Positions 34,107 to 46,108 of a stretch of 64,000 nucleotides of DNA are shown piece by piece (within the stretch, counting starts at the first letter, position 1; every line of letters begins with the position of its first letter). The stretch covers positions 3,130-67,129 of the forward strand of contig DATMGZ010000019.1 of assembly GCA_035555155.1 (NCBI GenBank), written 5' to 3'. The notes below the pieces were generated by a model that worked only from the letters and a program-made list of their open reading frames with translations, was not told where the DNA came from and ran no database searches. Made by a program: the position numbers and the translations under genes. This stretch comes from Solirubrobacteraceae bacterium. GTDB taxonomy: Bacteria; Actinomycetota; Thermoleophilia; Solirubrobacterales; Solirubrobacteraceae.

Positions 34107-35741
34107 ATGCTGACCGTCAGAGAGCTGCTGCGCGACATCGACGTGCGCGTCCTCGCGGGCGAGGCCGGCCTCGAGCTGCCGGTGCGCTGGGTGCACATCA
34201 CCGAGCTGCTCGACCCCACGCCCTGGCTCTCGGGCGGTGAGCTGATCCTGACGACCGGGATGCAGCTCAACACGGTCGAGCGCCAGCGCGAGTTCGTCCA
34301 CCGGCTGGCCGACCACCAGCTCGCCGGACTCGGAGTCGGCACCGGGTTCATGCACGACGAGATCCCCGCTGCGGTGCTCGAGGCGGCGGCCGAGCGCGAC
34401 TTCCCCCTGTTCGAGGTGCCCTACGAGCTTCCGTTCATCGCCGTCACCGAGGCGGCCTTCACCCAGCTCGTCAACGAGCAGTACGCGGTGCTGCGCCGGG
34501 CGCTGGCGGCGCACGAGCGGCTCGAGCGGATCGTGCTCTCCGAACGCGGGCTCGACGCTCTCGTCGGCGCGCTCTCGAATCTGGTCGGGGGGGCCGTGCT
34601 CGTCTTCGACGGCCGCGGCGAGCCGCTCGTCCAGGCCTCGTTCCGCCGCGAGCTCGATGCCGACGCGTTGGCCGCGCTCGAGACCGAGGTGCACGAGCGG
34701 GCGGGCCGCCGCGAGGGACGGGCGTTCGTGCCCTCCCTGGCCGAGGAGGGCAACCGCGGCCTGGCGTTGCCGGTGGCCGCCGACGGGGTGCCGCGCCACG
34801 GGCCCGAGGACGCCCGCGCGCCGGAGGCGTGGCTGATCGCGCTCAAGGACATCGGCCCACTCTCGGACTTCGACCGCCTCACGCTGCACCAGGCGGTCAC
34901 GATCGTCGCGCTCGAGCTGCTCCGCGGCCGCGTCGCCGACGACACCGAGCGGCGCCTGGCCGGCGACGTGCTCGCCGCGGTCGTCAGCGGTGAGCTGAGC
35001 GGCCCTGAGCTGTCGCGTCGCCTCGAGCCGTTCGGGCTCTCGCAGCGCGTCGCCGCGATCGTCGTCGAACGCCCCAACGACGGGCGCGGTCCCGCTGCTC
35101 CGGTCGAGGCGGCACTGTCGGCCGCGCTGCGCGAGGAGGCGACACCCGGACTCGTGGCCTCGACCGGACCGCTCACCTGCGCGCTCGTGGCCGGGCTGGG
35201 AGAGGATGAGCTTCTGGCCGTCGCCGGTCGCGTCGGGGTCCGGCTGGTCCCGGAGCTCGGCGACTCGCCCGCGCTCGGACTCGGCCGCGCCGTCGACGGT
35301 GAGCTCGCCCGGCGGAGCTTCCATGAGGCCCGGTGCGCGCTCGAGGCCCTGGCGCTCGGCTTCCATGACGGCAACGGCAACGGCAACGGGTCGGGCCCGC
35401 ATCCCGAACGGCCCCGGATCGCCACCTACCGCGACCTCGGCTCCTTCCAGCTGCTTCTGTCGTTGCAGGACGACGAGGCGCTGCGGCTGTTCTGCGACTC
35501 GATCCTGGGACCGATCGAGACCAGCGAGGGGCACTACGGAGGCGAGCTGATGCGCTCGCTCGAGGCTTTCATCGAGGAGAACGGCCAGTGGGAGAGAGCC
35601 GCGCGCAGGCTCTACTGCCACCGACACACGCTGCGTTACCGAATCCGAAGAGTCGAAGAGCTGACCGGTCGCAACCTGCAGAGCGCGCGGGACCGGATCG
35701 AGTTCTGGCTCGCCTTGCGCGGAAGGGAGCTCGTGTCGTGA
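34107..35741 (+). CDS. PucR family transcriptional regulator
   Basis: N-terminal VRWVHITELLDPTPWLSGGELILTTG; C-terminal HTH AARRLYCHRHTLRYRIRRVEELTG. Confidence 0.93.
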   Translation: MLTVRELLRDIDVRVLAGEAGLELPVRWVHITELLDPTPWLSGGELILTTGMQLNTVERQREFVHRLADHQLAGLGVGTGFMHDEIPAAVLEAAAERDFPLFEVPYELPFIAVTEAAFTQLVNEQYAVLRRALAAHERLERIVLSERGLDALVGALSNLVGGAVLVFDGRGEPLVQASFRRELDADALAALETEVHERAGRREGRAFVPSLAEEGNRGLALPVAADGVPRHGPEDARAPEAWLIALKDIGPLSDFDRLTLHQAVTIVALELLRGRVADDTERRLAGDVLAAVVSGELSGPELSRRLEPFGLSQRVAAIVVERPNDGRGPAAPVEAALSAALREEATPGLVASTGPLTCALVAGLGEDELLAVAGRVGVRLVPELGDSPALGLGRAVDGELARRSFHEARCALEALALGFHDGNGNGNGSGPHPERPRIATYRDLGSFQLLLSLQDDEALRLFCDSILGPIETSEGHYGGELMRSLEAFIEENGQWERAARRLYCHRHTLRYRIRRVEELTGRNLQSARDRIEFWLALRGRELVS

Positions 35742-36871
35742 AAGTTGGTGTCCCCACCGAGGTCAAGAAGGACGAATACCGGGTCGCGCTGACCCCCGCC
35801 GGCGTGCGCGAGCTCGCCGATGCCGGCCATGAGGTCTACATCCAGAGCGGCGCCGGCGTGGGCTCGGCGATCGAGGACGCCGACTACGCCGCCCAGGGGG
35901 CGACGATCGTGCCCGACGCCGACGCGGTGTTCGAGGCCGGCGAGCTGATCGTCAAGGTCAAGGAACCCCAGCCGGCCGAGGTGGCCCGGCTCGAGCCGCG
36001 GCACACGCTGTTCACCTATCTGCACCTGGCCGCCGACGCTGAGCTGACCCGGGGGCTGATGGCCTCCGGCGCGACCTGCATCGCCTACGAGACGGTCGAG
36101 GACGTCCGGGGTCGGCTGCCGCTGCTGGCGCCGATGTCCGAGGTGGCCGGAAAGATCGCCACCCAGGCCGGGGCGTTCATGCTCGAGAAGCCGCTCGGCG
36201 GCCGGGGCATCCTGCTCGGCGGCGTGCCCGGCGTGACCGCGGCGAACGTGATGATCATCGGCGGCGGAGTCGTCGGCATGAACGCCGCCTTCATCGCGCT
36301 CGGGATGGAGGCGACGGTGTTCGTGTTCGACCGCAGCATCGACCGCCTGCGGGAGCTCGACATCGCCTTCGGCGGCCGGGCCGACACCTGTTTCGCGTCC
36401 ACGCTCGAGATCGAGCAGCGGCTGCCCCACGCCGACCTGGTGATCGGCGCGGTGCTCGTGCACGGCGCGCGCGCCCCGCGCGTGGTCACCCGTGCGCAGC
36501 TCGGGCTGATGAAGCGCCAGGCGGTGCTCGTGGACGTCTCGATCGACCAGGGCGGCTGCTTCGAGACCTCCCGGCCCACGACCCACTCCGACCCGACCTA
36601 CGAGGTCGACGGGATCACCCACTACTGCGTCACCAACATGCCCGGCGCGGTGCCGATCACCTCCACCTACGCGCTCACCAACGCGACCATGCCCTACGTG
36701 GTGCAGCTCGCCGGCGCCCGCGCGCGGGCGGCGATCGCGGCCAGCCCCGAGCTCAGGCCGGGCGTCAACGTGGCCGGCGGCCAGGTGACCTACGCGCCGG
36801 TGGCGGAGGCGGTCGGGATCCCGCACGTGTCGGTCGAAGAGGCGCTCTCCTCGGCCGTGGGGGCGGCGTGA
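35738..36871 (+). CDS. ald: Alanine dehydrogenase
   Basis: [59 protein letters not shown]; GTGA overlap with pucR. Confidence 0.96.
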   Translation: MKVGVPTEVKKDEYRVALTPAGVRELADAGHEVYIQSGAGVGSAIEDADYAAQGATIVPDADAVFEAGELIVKVKEPQPAEVARLEPRHTLFTYLHLAADAELTRGLMASGATCIAYETVEDVRGRLPLLAPMSEVAGKIATQAGAFMLEKPLGGRGILLGGVPGVTAANVMIIGGGVVGMNAAFIALGMEATVFVFDRSIDRLRELDIAFGGRADTCFASTLEIEQRLPHADLVIGAVLVHGARAPRVVTRAQLGLMKRQAVLVDVSIDQGGCFETSRPTTHSDPTYEVDGITHYCVTNMPGAVPITSTYALTNATMPYVVQLAGARARAAIAASPELRPGVNVAGGQVTYAPVAEAVGIPHVSVEEALSSAVGAA

Positions 36872-36902
36872 GATGGTGGGAGAGGGCCCAACCGGCCCGC
36901 CC

Positions 36903-36911
36903 TGCTAGCCT
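36903..36911 (+). promoter_or_regulatory. Putative extended -10 promoter giving a near-leaderless rpsL mRNA
   Basis: TGcTAGCCT ends 10 nt before the ATG at 36922; no SD upstream of that ATG. Confidence 0.5.
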
Positions 36912-36921
36912 TGCGCGTCGC

Positions 36922-37314
36922 ATGCCGACTACAAGCCAATTGATCCGTAAGGGCCGTAACGCGCCGAAGAAGAAGCTCGCCACCCCGGGCCTCAAGTCCG
37001 GCAAGGGCCGCAAGAAGAAGGTTGCCGCTCCGCAGCGACGCGGTGTGTGCACGCGCGTCTATACGACCACGCCCAAGAAGCCGAACTCCGCGCTGCGCAA
37101 GGTGGCGCGCGTGCGGCTGACCAACGGCATGGAGGTCGGCGCCTACATCCCCGGCGAGGGGCACAACCTGCAGGAGCACTCGGTCGTGCTCGTCCGCGGC
37201 GGTCGCGTCAAGGACCTCCCGGGATTCCGCTACAAGGTGATCCGCGGCACCCTCGACGCCGCCGGCGTCGGCGACCGCAAGAAGGCCCGCTCGCAGTACG
37301 GCGTGAAGAAGTAA
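36922..37314 (+). CDS. rpsL: 30S ribosomal protein S12
   Basis: [43 protein letters not shown]. Confidence 0.98.
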   Translation: MPTTSQLIRKGRNAPKKKLATPGLKSGKGRKKKVAAPQRRGVCTRVYTTTPKKPNSALRKVARVRLTNGMEVGAYIPGEGHNLQEHSVVLVRGGRVKDLPGFRYKVIRGTLDAAGVGDRKKARSQYGVKK

Positions 37315-37321
37315 CGCACTC

Positions 37322-37792
37322 ATGCCCCGCCGCGCAGCCGCCCAGATCCGGCCGATCGAACCCGACCCCGTCCACCGCAACCGCCTCGTACAGCAGGTGG
37401 TCAACAAGGTGATGCTGGACGGCAAGAAGTCCACCGCCGAGCAGATCGTCTACGACGCCCTCGCCATCCTCGGCGAGCGCAGCGGCAAGAACCCCGTCGA
37501 GCAGCTCGAGGCGGGCATCAAGGCGCTGACCCCGGTGCTCGAGGTCCGCTCCCGCCGCGTCGGCGGCGCCACCTACCAGGTTCCCGTCGAGGTCCCCGCG
37601 CGCCGCGCCCGGACTCTCGCCGTCCGCTGGCTCATCCAGTTCTCCCGCGCTCGCCGCGAGAAGACGATGGCCCAGCGCCTCGCGCACGAGCTTCTCGACG
37701 CCCAGCAGCAGCAGGGCGCCGCGTTCAAGCGCAAGGATGACATCTACCGCATGGCGCAGGCCAACAAGGCCTTCGCCCACTATCGCTGGTAG
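37322..37792 (+). CDS. rpsG: 30S ribosomal protein S7
   Basis: [36 protein letters not shown]. Confidence 0.98.
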   Translation: MPRRAAAQIRPIEPDPVHRNRLVQQVVNKVMLDGKKSTAEQIVYDALAILGERSGKNPVEQLEAGIKALTPVLEVRSRRVGGATYQVPVEVPARRARTLAVRWLIQFSRARREKTMAQRLAHELLDAQQQQGAAFKRKDDIYRMAQANKAFAHYRW

Positions 37793-37856
37793 CGGCGCCC
37801 GGCGCCGTCTTGGCGCCCGCCCGAGCGGCTGCAAACCGGCGCCTCGCTGTGTTCTC

Positions 37857-37887
37857 GGCGCGGCGATAGCGCTGCTATCGCCGCGCC
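37857..37887. terminator. Bidirectional hairpin between rpsG and the convergent inserted block
   Basis: GGCGCGGCGATAGC-GCT-GCTATCGCCGCGCC, 14-bp perfect stem. Confidence 0.7.
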
Positions 37888-37957
37888 TGCGTCGTTGCGA
37901 GGCTTGGTTTTCGCTCGCCGGTGACTCACCCTATCCCCAGCCGCCGTTGACGCCCGG

Positions 37958-39562
37958 CTACCCCGCGCCGACGCGTCCGATCTCGTCCCGGACCGCGGGC
38001 AGGAACGCGTTCTTCGGCCCGTTCCGGCCCGACGCCGCCGATGCGCGCGTTCCGCCGCCACCCGCGCTCGCCACACTCGCGCGGGCCGCGCCGGCCGCTG
38101 CCCAGTCGTGCGCGGCCGCCTTCAGCGCCAGCAGCGCCGGCCAGGTGGTGGCGTCGATGACGCCGGTGGCCCGGATTCCGTGGGCGGTCTGGAACGCCCT
38201 CACCGCCGCAGCGGTGAGGCTGCCGAAGCTGCCGTCGGTGGCGACGGTGGCGCCGGCGGCGACGAGGTGCTCCTGGGCCCAGACGACGAGGTCGCCCTGC
38301 GAGCCGCTGCTGAGCGTCGGGTAGCCGGGCGCCGGGCTCGGGGGCGGCAGGGATCCGATCGGCGAGCCGACCGCGCCCCAGCCGGCGGTGGTCGCCTCCT
38401 GCCAGTCCCACCAGCTCTCACCGCCCGCCCCGTAGGCGGCCGCGTCCTGGCGGAAGCGCAGCAGAGCCGAGACCGGCGGGCTGTTGTAGATCTGCCCGAG
38501 GGGGTAGATCGGGGCGCCGTAGACCCGGTTCAGCGGCCAGGTGTGGGCATAGACGGTGTCCACGCTGGTGCCGATGTCTTGCCAGTACATCTGGGGCAGG
38601 TTGTACTGCGCGCCGCCCGGCCCGAGGAACACGGAGTAGGGGAAGGCGGGGTGGTAATCGACGTAGGGGAAGCTCGCGAGGCCGACGGGATAGGACGCAC
38701 CGACGCCCTTGCGCAGCGCCTGGATGTACTGCTGGGCCTGCGAGTAGCGGCCCTCGTACTCGCTCTCGGCGTCGATCACGAGGCAGTCGGCGCCGTTGCG
38801 GGCCGATTGGATGCCGACCTGCGCCTCGGCCAGCGGGGAGTTGCCGTACACGTACTGCCACGCGCACACGTGCAGGCCCTGGGCCTTGAGGGCGGCGACG
38901 TTCGCCGGCGAGAACTGCGCCCACTGGTTGCCGCCGTCGCCGGACTTGAGGAACACGGTCTTGACCCCGTGGGCGGCGGCCTGGCGGCCGATGGCGACGG
39001 GATCGCCGCCCTGGGAGGCGCTCAGGTACCAGATCCACATCCCGTTGCCGTTGAGGACGCTCGCGCCGGCGGTGACCGGGGGCTGGACCGGCGGCGACAC
39101 GGCGGGCGCCGGTGGCCGCCGGACCGTGATCCGGATTCCGTTCGAGCGGGAGCTTCCGGGCGACACGAGCCGGAGCACGCCGCTGACCGCGTCCGCGGGA
39201 ACCGTGACCAGCATCCGGGTCGCGCGCACCATCCGGCCGCTCACGCTCCGGGTCCAGTGCCGGCCGTTGTCGCGGGCGGGGATCAGGATCCGGGTCCGGG
39301 CGAGGAGGCCGTGGGCGCCGACCTCGAGCTCGCTGGTGCGCACGACCACGACCGGAGAGCCGGGATAGCAGGGGATGCTCGTGCGGATGCAGTGAACCCA
39401 GACGAGCGTCGGGCGCACCACCCTGGCCGCCGCCGCCGCCGGAACGAGGACGGCCACGAGCGCCAGCACCGCCCCCGCCGCGGCCGTCACGGCCGCGAGC
39501 CGGGCGGCCGCGAGCCGGGCGGCCGGCGACGCGAGCGTGCTCGGGTGTCGCGCGGGACTCAT
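37958..39562 (-). CDS. Secreted peptidoglycan-binding protein with a glycoside-hydrolase-like TIM-barrel domain
   Basis: Signal peptide, beta-rich N-domain, GMWIWY...VFLKSGDG...AWQYVYG...LVIDAESEY...PQMYW; PG_binding_1 tail LSSGSQGDLV...DGSFGSLTAAAVRAFQ..HGI.ATGVID..TW. Confidence 0.82.
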   Translation of the reverse strand: MSPARHPSTLASPAARLAAARLAAVTAAAGAVLALVAVLVPAAAAARVVRPTLVWVHCIRTSIPCYPGSPVVVVRTSELEVGAHGLLARTRILIPARDNGRHWTRSVSGRMVRATRMLVTVPADAVSGVLRLVSPGSSRSNGIRITVRRPPAPAVSPPVQPPVTAGASVLNGNGMWIWYLSASQGGDPVAIGRQAAAHGVKTVFLKSGDGGNQWAQFSPANVAALKAQGLHVCAWQYVYGNSPLAEAQVGIQSARNGADCLVIDAESEYEGRYSQAQQYIQALRKGVGASYPVGLASFPYVDYHPAFPYSVFLGPGGAQYNLPQMYWQDIGTSVDTVYAHTWPLNRVYGAPIYPLGQIYNSPPVSALLRFRQDAAAYGAGGESWWDWQEATTAGWGAVGSPIGSLPPPSPAPGYPTLSSGSQGDLVVWAQEHLVAAGATVATDGSFGSLTAAAVRAFQTAHGIRATGVIDATTWPALLALKAAAHDWAAAGAARASVASAGGGGTRASAASGRNGPKNAFLPAVRDEIGRVGAG

Positions 39563-41505
39563 GAAACCTGGTACCCAAGCTTGGCAAGCTGGTCAAGGTC
39601 CGACCCGAGCTGCTGCGTGGCTCCGGCCACCTCGGCGCGGGCGATCGTGTATCCGATCGGGTCATGCCGGCGGGCCGCGCCGGCGATGTCCCGGTAGGCC
39701 TGGCTCACCTGCGCGAGGCTGTCGCGGACCGCCACGTGTGCGCCCGTCTCGGGCGGGCTGACAATTCCGGCCCCGAGAGCTCGAGTGAAGGCGGCGGCGG
39801 CCGTCGCGTAGGCGTCGGCGAGCCCGTTCGCCGCCGCCCTCTGGGCGCCGGGGTCGCGGGCCTGGGCGAAATCGCCGAGGCCGGCGTCGGCCTGAGCGGA
39901 GAGCCGGCCGAGCACAGGGTTCAGGAACCCGGCGTAGCCGGCGCGCGGATCGAGCGGGTAATGCGCGGCGCCGGTGACCCGAACCGTGTTGAGGATGTGC
40001 TCGCAGCCGGCGAACAAGCCCCCGCCGGCGGCGAACGTCGGCGCGACGCAGGCGGCGACGGCCACACGCCCGCGCCTGGGCACGAGCAGAACCTCGTAGT
40101 GGTGGCGGCCGACGACGTCGTACAGCCGGCCCTGGAGGCCGCTCGGCAGCTTCACCGCCGTGCCCAGCGCCGGCACTGCGGCGACATCGCGGAGCGTCTT
40201 GGGCACCAGGCTCGGGCCGAAGGCCACGGTCGTTCCCACGGCGACCACGCCACGTGTCGCCGATGCCGGCCCGGCGGCGGCGTTCGCGCCCGCGAACAGC
40301 TCCGGCAGCGACACGCGTCGCGACCCCCAGCTCGCCGGAACCTCGACGCTGACGCCGTCATGGCTGAGCTGGCGCGTCGGCGTCAGGGCGCCGGCCTCCT
40401 CACCGCCGCGCCCGGCCAGGAAGCCCGCCAGCGTCGCGACTCCGCACGCCGCGGCGAGGAGCCCGACGCCGCGTGGTGCGCGCCACCGGCGCCGGCGGGG
40501 TGCCCGCGGCGCGGGTGCCGGCGCCGGCCACCGCGGTGGCGGCTGCGGCTGCGTCTCGATGACGACCTCGGTCGCCGCGGTGGCACGGGCGGGGATCGCC
40601 TGGGTGGCCGAGGTCACACCGGTCGGATCGACGGATCGCGCGCTCGTCTTGATCGAAAGGGTCGCCGCGCGGACCGGCGCCGGCACCGCCGCCCGCGCCT
40701 CGAGCGCGCGCCGGGCCGCGGCGATCAGCTCCGCCGCGCTGGCGTAGCGGTCCTCCCGGCGCTTGGCCAACGCCCGGGCGAACACCGCGTCGAGCTCGAC
40801 CGGCAGCTCCGGCGCCAGCGTGCGCACCGACGGCGGCGGCTGCTCGAGGTGCGCGTACATGGTGGCGATCTTGCTCGAGCGGGGGAAGGGGACGGCGCCG
40901 GAGAGACACTCGAACAGGACGGCTCCGAGCGAGTACAGATCGCTGCGGGCGTCGGGCTCCTCGTCACGGATCTGCTCCGGGGAGACGTAATCCGGTGTGC
41001 CGACGAACTGGCCCGTCGTGGTGACCGACGTGACCCCGGCGGCGGTGGTCAGTCCGAAGTCGGCCAGGTAGGCGTGGTCGCCGCCGGCCACGAGGATGTT
41101 CTGCGGCTTGACGTCGCGGTGGATCAGCCCGGCGGCGTGAGCGGCATCGAGCGCGCGGGCGATCCCGCGGAGCAGATCGAGCGCGTCGGACACCTCGAGG
41201 GTCCCGATCAGCTGCTTGAGGTTCGGACCGTCGACGAGGCGCATCGCGATGAACAGGCCGTAGGAGGACTCGCCGGCCTCGTACACCGGGACGATGTTCG
41301 GGTGCTCGAGCGTCGCCTGCAGCATCGCCTCCCGCCGGAAGCGCTTGTGGAACGCCTCGTCCTGGCTGAGGTTCGCCGACAGCACCTTCAATGCAACCAC
41401 TCGGCCGAGCGAGAGTTGCGTCGCGAGGTACACGGTGCCCATCCCACCGGACGCGAGGTAGCCGTCGATCCGGAATCCGGCGATGCGGGTACCCGGCTCG
41501 AGCAT
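39559..41505 (-). CDS. Hanks-type Ser/Thr protein kinase with TM segment and non-PASTA extracellular domain
   Basis: LASGGMGTVY, VALKVL, HPNIV, IHRDVKPQNIL, DFG, GTPDYVSPEQ, DLYSLG; TM GLLAAACGVATLAGFLAG. Start ATG 41505. Confidence 0.93.
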   Translation of the reverse strand: MLEPGTRIAGFRIDGYLASGGMGTVYLATQLSLGRVVALKVLSANLSQDEAFHKRFRREAMLQATLEHPNIVPVYEAGESSYGLFIAMRLVDGPNLKQLIGTLEVSDALDLLRGIARALDAAHAAGLIHRDVKPQNILVAGGDHAYLADFGLTTAAGVTSVTTTGQFVGTPDYVSPEQIRDEEPDARSDLYSLGAVLFECLSGAVPFPRSSKIATMYAHLEQPPPSVRTLAPELPVELDAVFARALAKRREDRYASAAELIAAARRALEARAAVPAPVRAATLSIKTSARSVDPTGVTSATQAIPARATAATEVVIETQPQPPPRWPAPAPAPRAPRRRRWRAPRGVGLLAAACGVATLAGFLAGRGGEEAGALTPTRQLSHDGVSVEVPASWGSRRVSLPELFAGANAAAGPASATRGVVAVGTTVAFGPSLVPKTLRDVAAVPALGTAVKLPSGLQGRLYDVVGRHHYEVLLVPRRGRVAVAACVAPTFAAGGGLFAGCEHILNTVRVTGAAHYPLDPRAGYAGFLNPVLGRLSAQADAGLGDFAQARDPGAQRAAANGLADAYATAAAAFTRALGAGIVSPPETGAHVAVRDSLAQVSQAYRDIAGAARRHDPIGYTIARAEVAGATQQLGSDLDQLAKLGYQVS

Positions 41506-41729
41506 CAGTGACCGCCGCACGCCTTCCCCACACCGCAGAGCGGTCCCACCGAGCCCGAGTTGCGCAGGGACCCGGCGTGAACCGCCAGCGACCCGGTGTG
41601 GATCGAGGTGAGCTGTTCCTCGCGCGCGCTGCGCCCGAGCCCGAATCCGATCCCCGCGCAGCAGATCACGGCGACCGCGGCAGCGAGGGCCCGGCGGGGA
41701 GAGGGGAGCAAGGAGCGGGGCGTCTGCAC
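41505..41729 (-). CDS. Small single-TM/exported peptide (about 74 aa; alternative start 41783)
   Basis: RRALAAAVAVICCAGIGFGLGRS hydrophobic segment; its TGA overlaps the kinase ATG (TGATG coupling). Confidence 0.55.
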   Translation of the reverse strand: MQTPRSLLPSPRRALAAAVAVICCAGIGFGLGRSAREEQLTSIHTGSLAVHAGSLRNSGSVGPLCGVGKACGGH

Positions 41730-41878
41730 GTCTCGCTCCGAGCGTAACGACCGCGCCGCCGATCGCCCACGCGTGGCAGACAAATAACGCGAGGGTCGCC
41801 CGCCGCACGGGACCGGGGGCTGCAGCGGGACAACCCTCGCGTCTAGGAAATGTAACGCCCGGCGGGTGGCGGCGTGGA

Positions 41879-42460
41879 TTAGTTGGCCGGCAAGTCAGAT
41901 GCCTGCCGGGCGGATTGGACATGCACGCCAGCGGAAGGGCGAGGACCCGGGGGCGCCCCGCCGAGCAGAAGCCCGAGCCCCGCCGTGACGATCAGGACGG
42001 CGGCGCCGAGCGTCTCCATGTACAGGCCCGCCTGGGGCGTCGAGCTGGCATTGGCGTAGTGACCGGATCCGGCCGCGATGAGGCCCGTCGCGTGGGCGTC
42101 GGGCAGGTCGGCGGCGAGGGCGAGCACGAGCGTCAGCAGTCCGAGCACGCCCAGCGCCACGAGCGCCGGACGGCTTCCCTGACTCCAGGCGCCATACGCG
42201 AGCAGGACGGCGAGGATCGCGACCGGAATCAGCGCATCGGCGTGGTGCGATCCTGTCGAGACCGACGTGACGGCCACCGGGCTGAGGGCGGTGTGGACCT
42301 CGAACAGCGTCGTGAACTCCGCGACGACGAGCAGCAGCGCCCCGAGCAGGCCGCCGGCGAAAACCGCCGCCGGGACGGCCGATCCGATCCTCGCCAGGCC
42401 CCCGGACGGCTCCGACCCTCTGCTATATTCGGGCTTCGCCTCGGGCGGCGTCGCGTTCAT
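41879..42460 (-). CDS. Integral membrane protein (about 4 TM), function unknown
   Basis: GLLGALLLVVAEFTTLF, ALIPVAILAVLLAYGA, LGVLGLLTLVLALAADLPD, GLYMETLGAAVLIV; start set at ATG 42460. Confidence 0.75.
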   Translation of the reverse strand: MNATPPEAKPEYSRGSEPSGGLARIGSAVPAAVFAGGLLGALLLVVAEFTTLFEVHTALSPVAVTSVSTGSHHADALIPVAILAVLLAYGAWSQGSRPALVALGVLGLLTLVLALAADLPDAHATGLIAAGSGHYANASSTPQAGLYMETLGAAVLIVTAGLGLLLGGAPPGPRPSAGVHVQSARQASDLPAN

Positions 42461-42550
42461 CCGTGCTCGCTCCCGGGCGCAGATGGATCCCAGCGATGGA
42501 GACGCCGACCTACTAGACAAAAGCCCGCCCTCGACAGCCGCGTCGTGAAC

Positions 42551-42570
42551 GGGCCCCCTGGGCCCTTTTT
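42551..42570 (+). promoter_or_regulatory. Terminator-like hairpin in the fusA leader (possible attenuator)
   Basis: GGGCCC-CCT-GGGCCC-TTTTT ending 47 nt before the fusA ATG. Confidence 0.5.
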
Positions 42571-42617
42571 CATGTCCGCGGCGATGACCGGCAACCACCC
42601 CAGAAGAAACCACTTTC

Positions 42618-44711
<2,094 letters not shown>

Positions 44712-44797
44712 CAGCAATCCCAGACGGAACTTAGATAGATTGATTGGGTTCGCCCGCAGGGCGGACCACAACCACTGAGCAGAAGGAGCACACCAAA

Positions 44798-45985
<1,188 letters not shown>

Positions 45986-45994
45986 CAGGTAGGA

Positions 45995-46032
45995 GGCGGC
46001 GTGGGCCTGACGGCCCCGCCGCCGTTTTGTTT
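45995..46032 (+). terminator. Intrinsic terminator between tuf and rpsJ
   Basis: GGCGGCG-T-GGGCC-TGAC-GGCCC-CGCCGCC followed by GTTTTGTTT. Confidence 0.7.
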
Positions 46033-46052
46033 CCAGCAGATACGACAACGCA

Positions 46053-46083
46053 GGGGCGGGTCCCGAACCCGGGGACTCGCCCT
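46053..46083 (+). promoter_or_regulatory. Stable hairpin in the rpsJ (S10 operon) leader
   Basis: GGGGCGGGTCCC/GGGACTCGCCCT, 12-bp stem with 2 G-U pairs and a 7-nt loop, 25 nt before the ATG. Confidence 0.5.
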
Positions 46084-46108
46084 CAACACTGAAAAGACCC
46101 AAGCCTTC

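Noticed and set aside
41506-41922. Upstream 139-codon extension of the kinase ORF
   Set aside because: The kinase domain starts right after ATG 41505, which is coupled to the stop of a separate small ORF in another frame.
37793-42617. Prophage or integrative element as the cause of the rpsG-fusA split
   Set aside because: No integrase, transposase, att-like direct repeat or compositional shift is visible.
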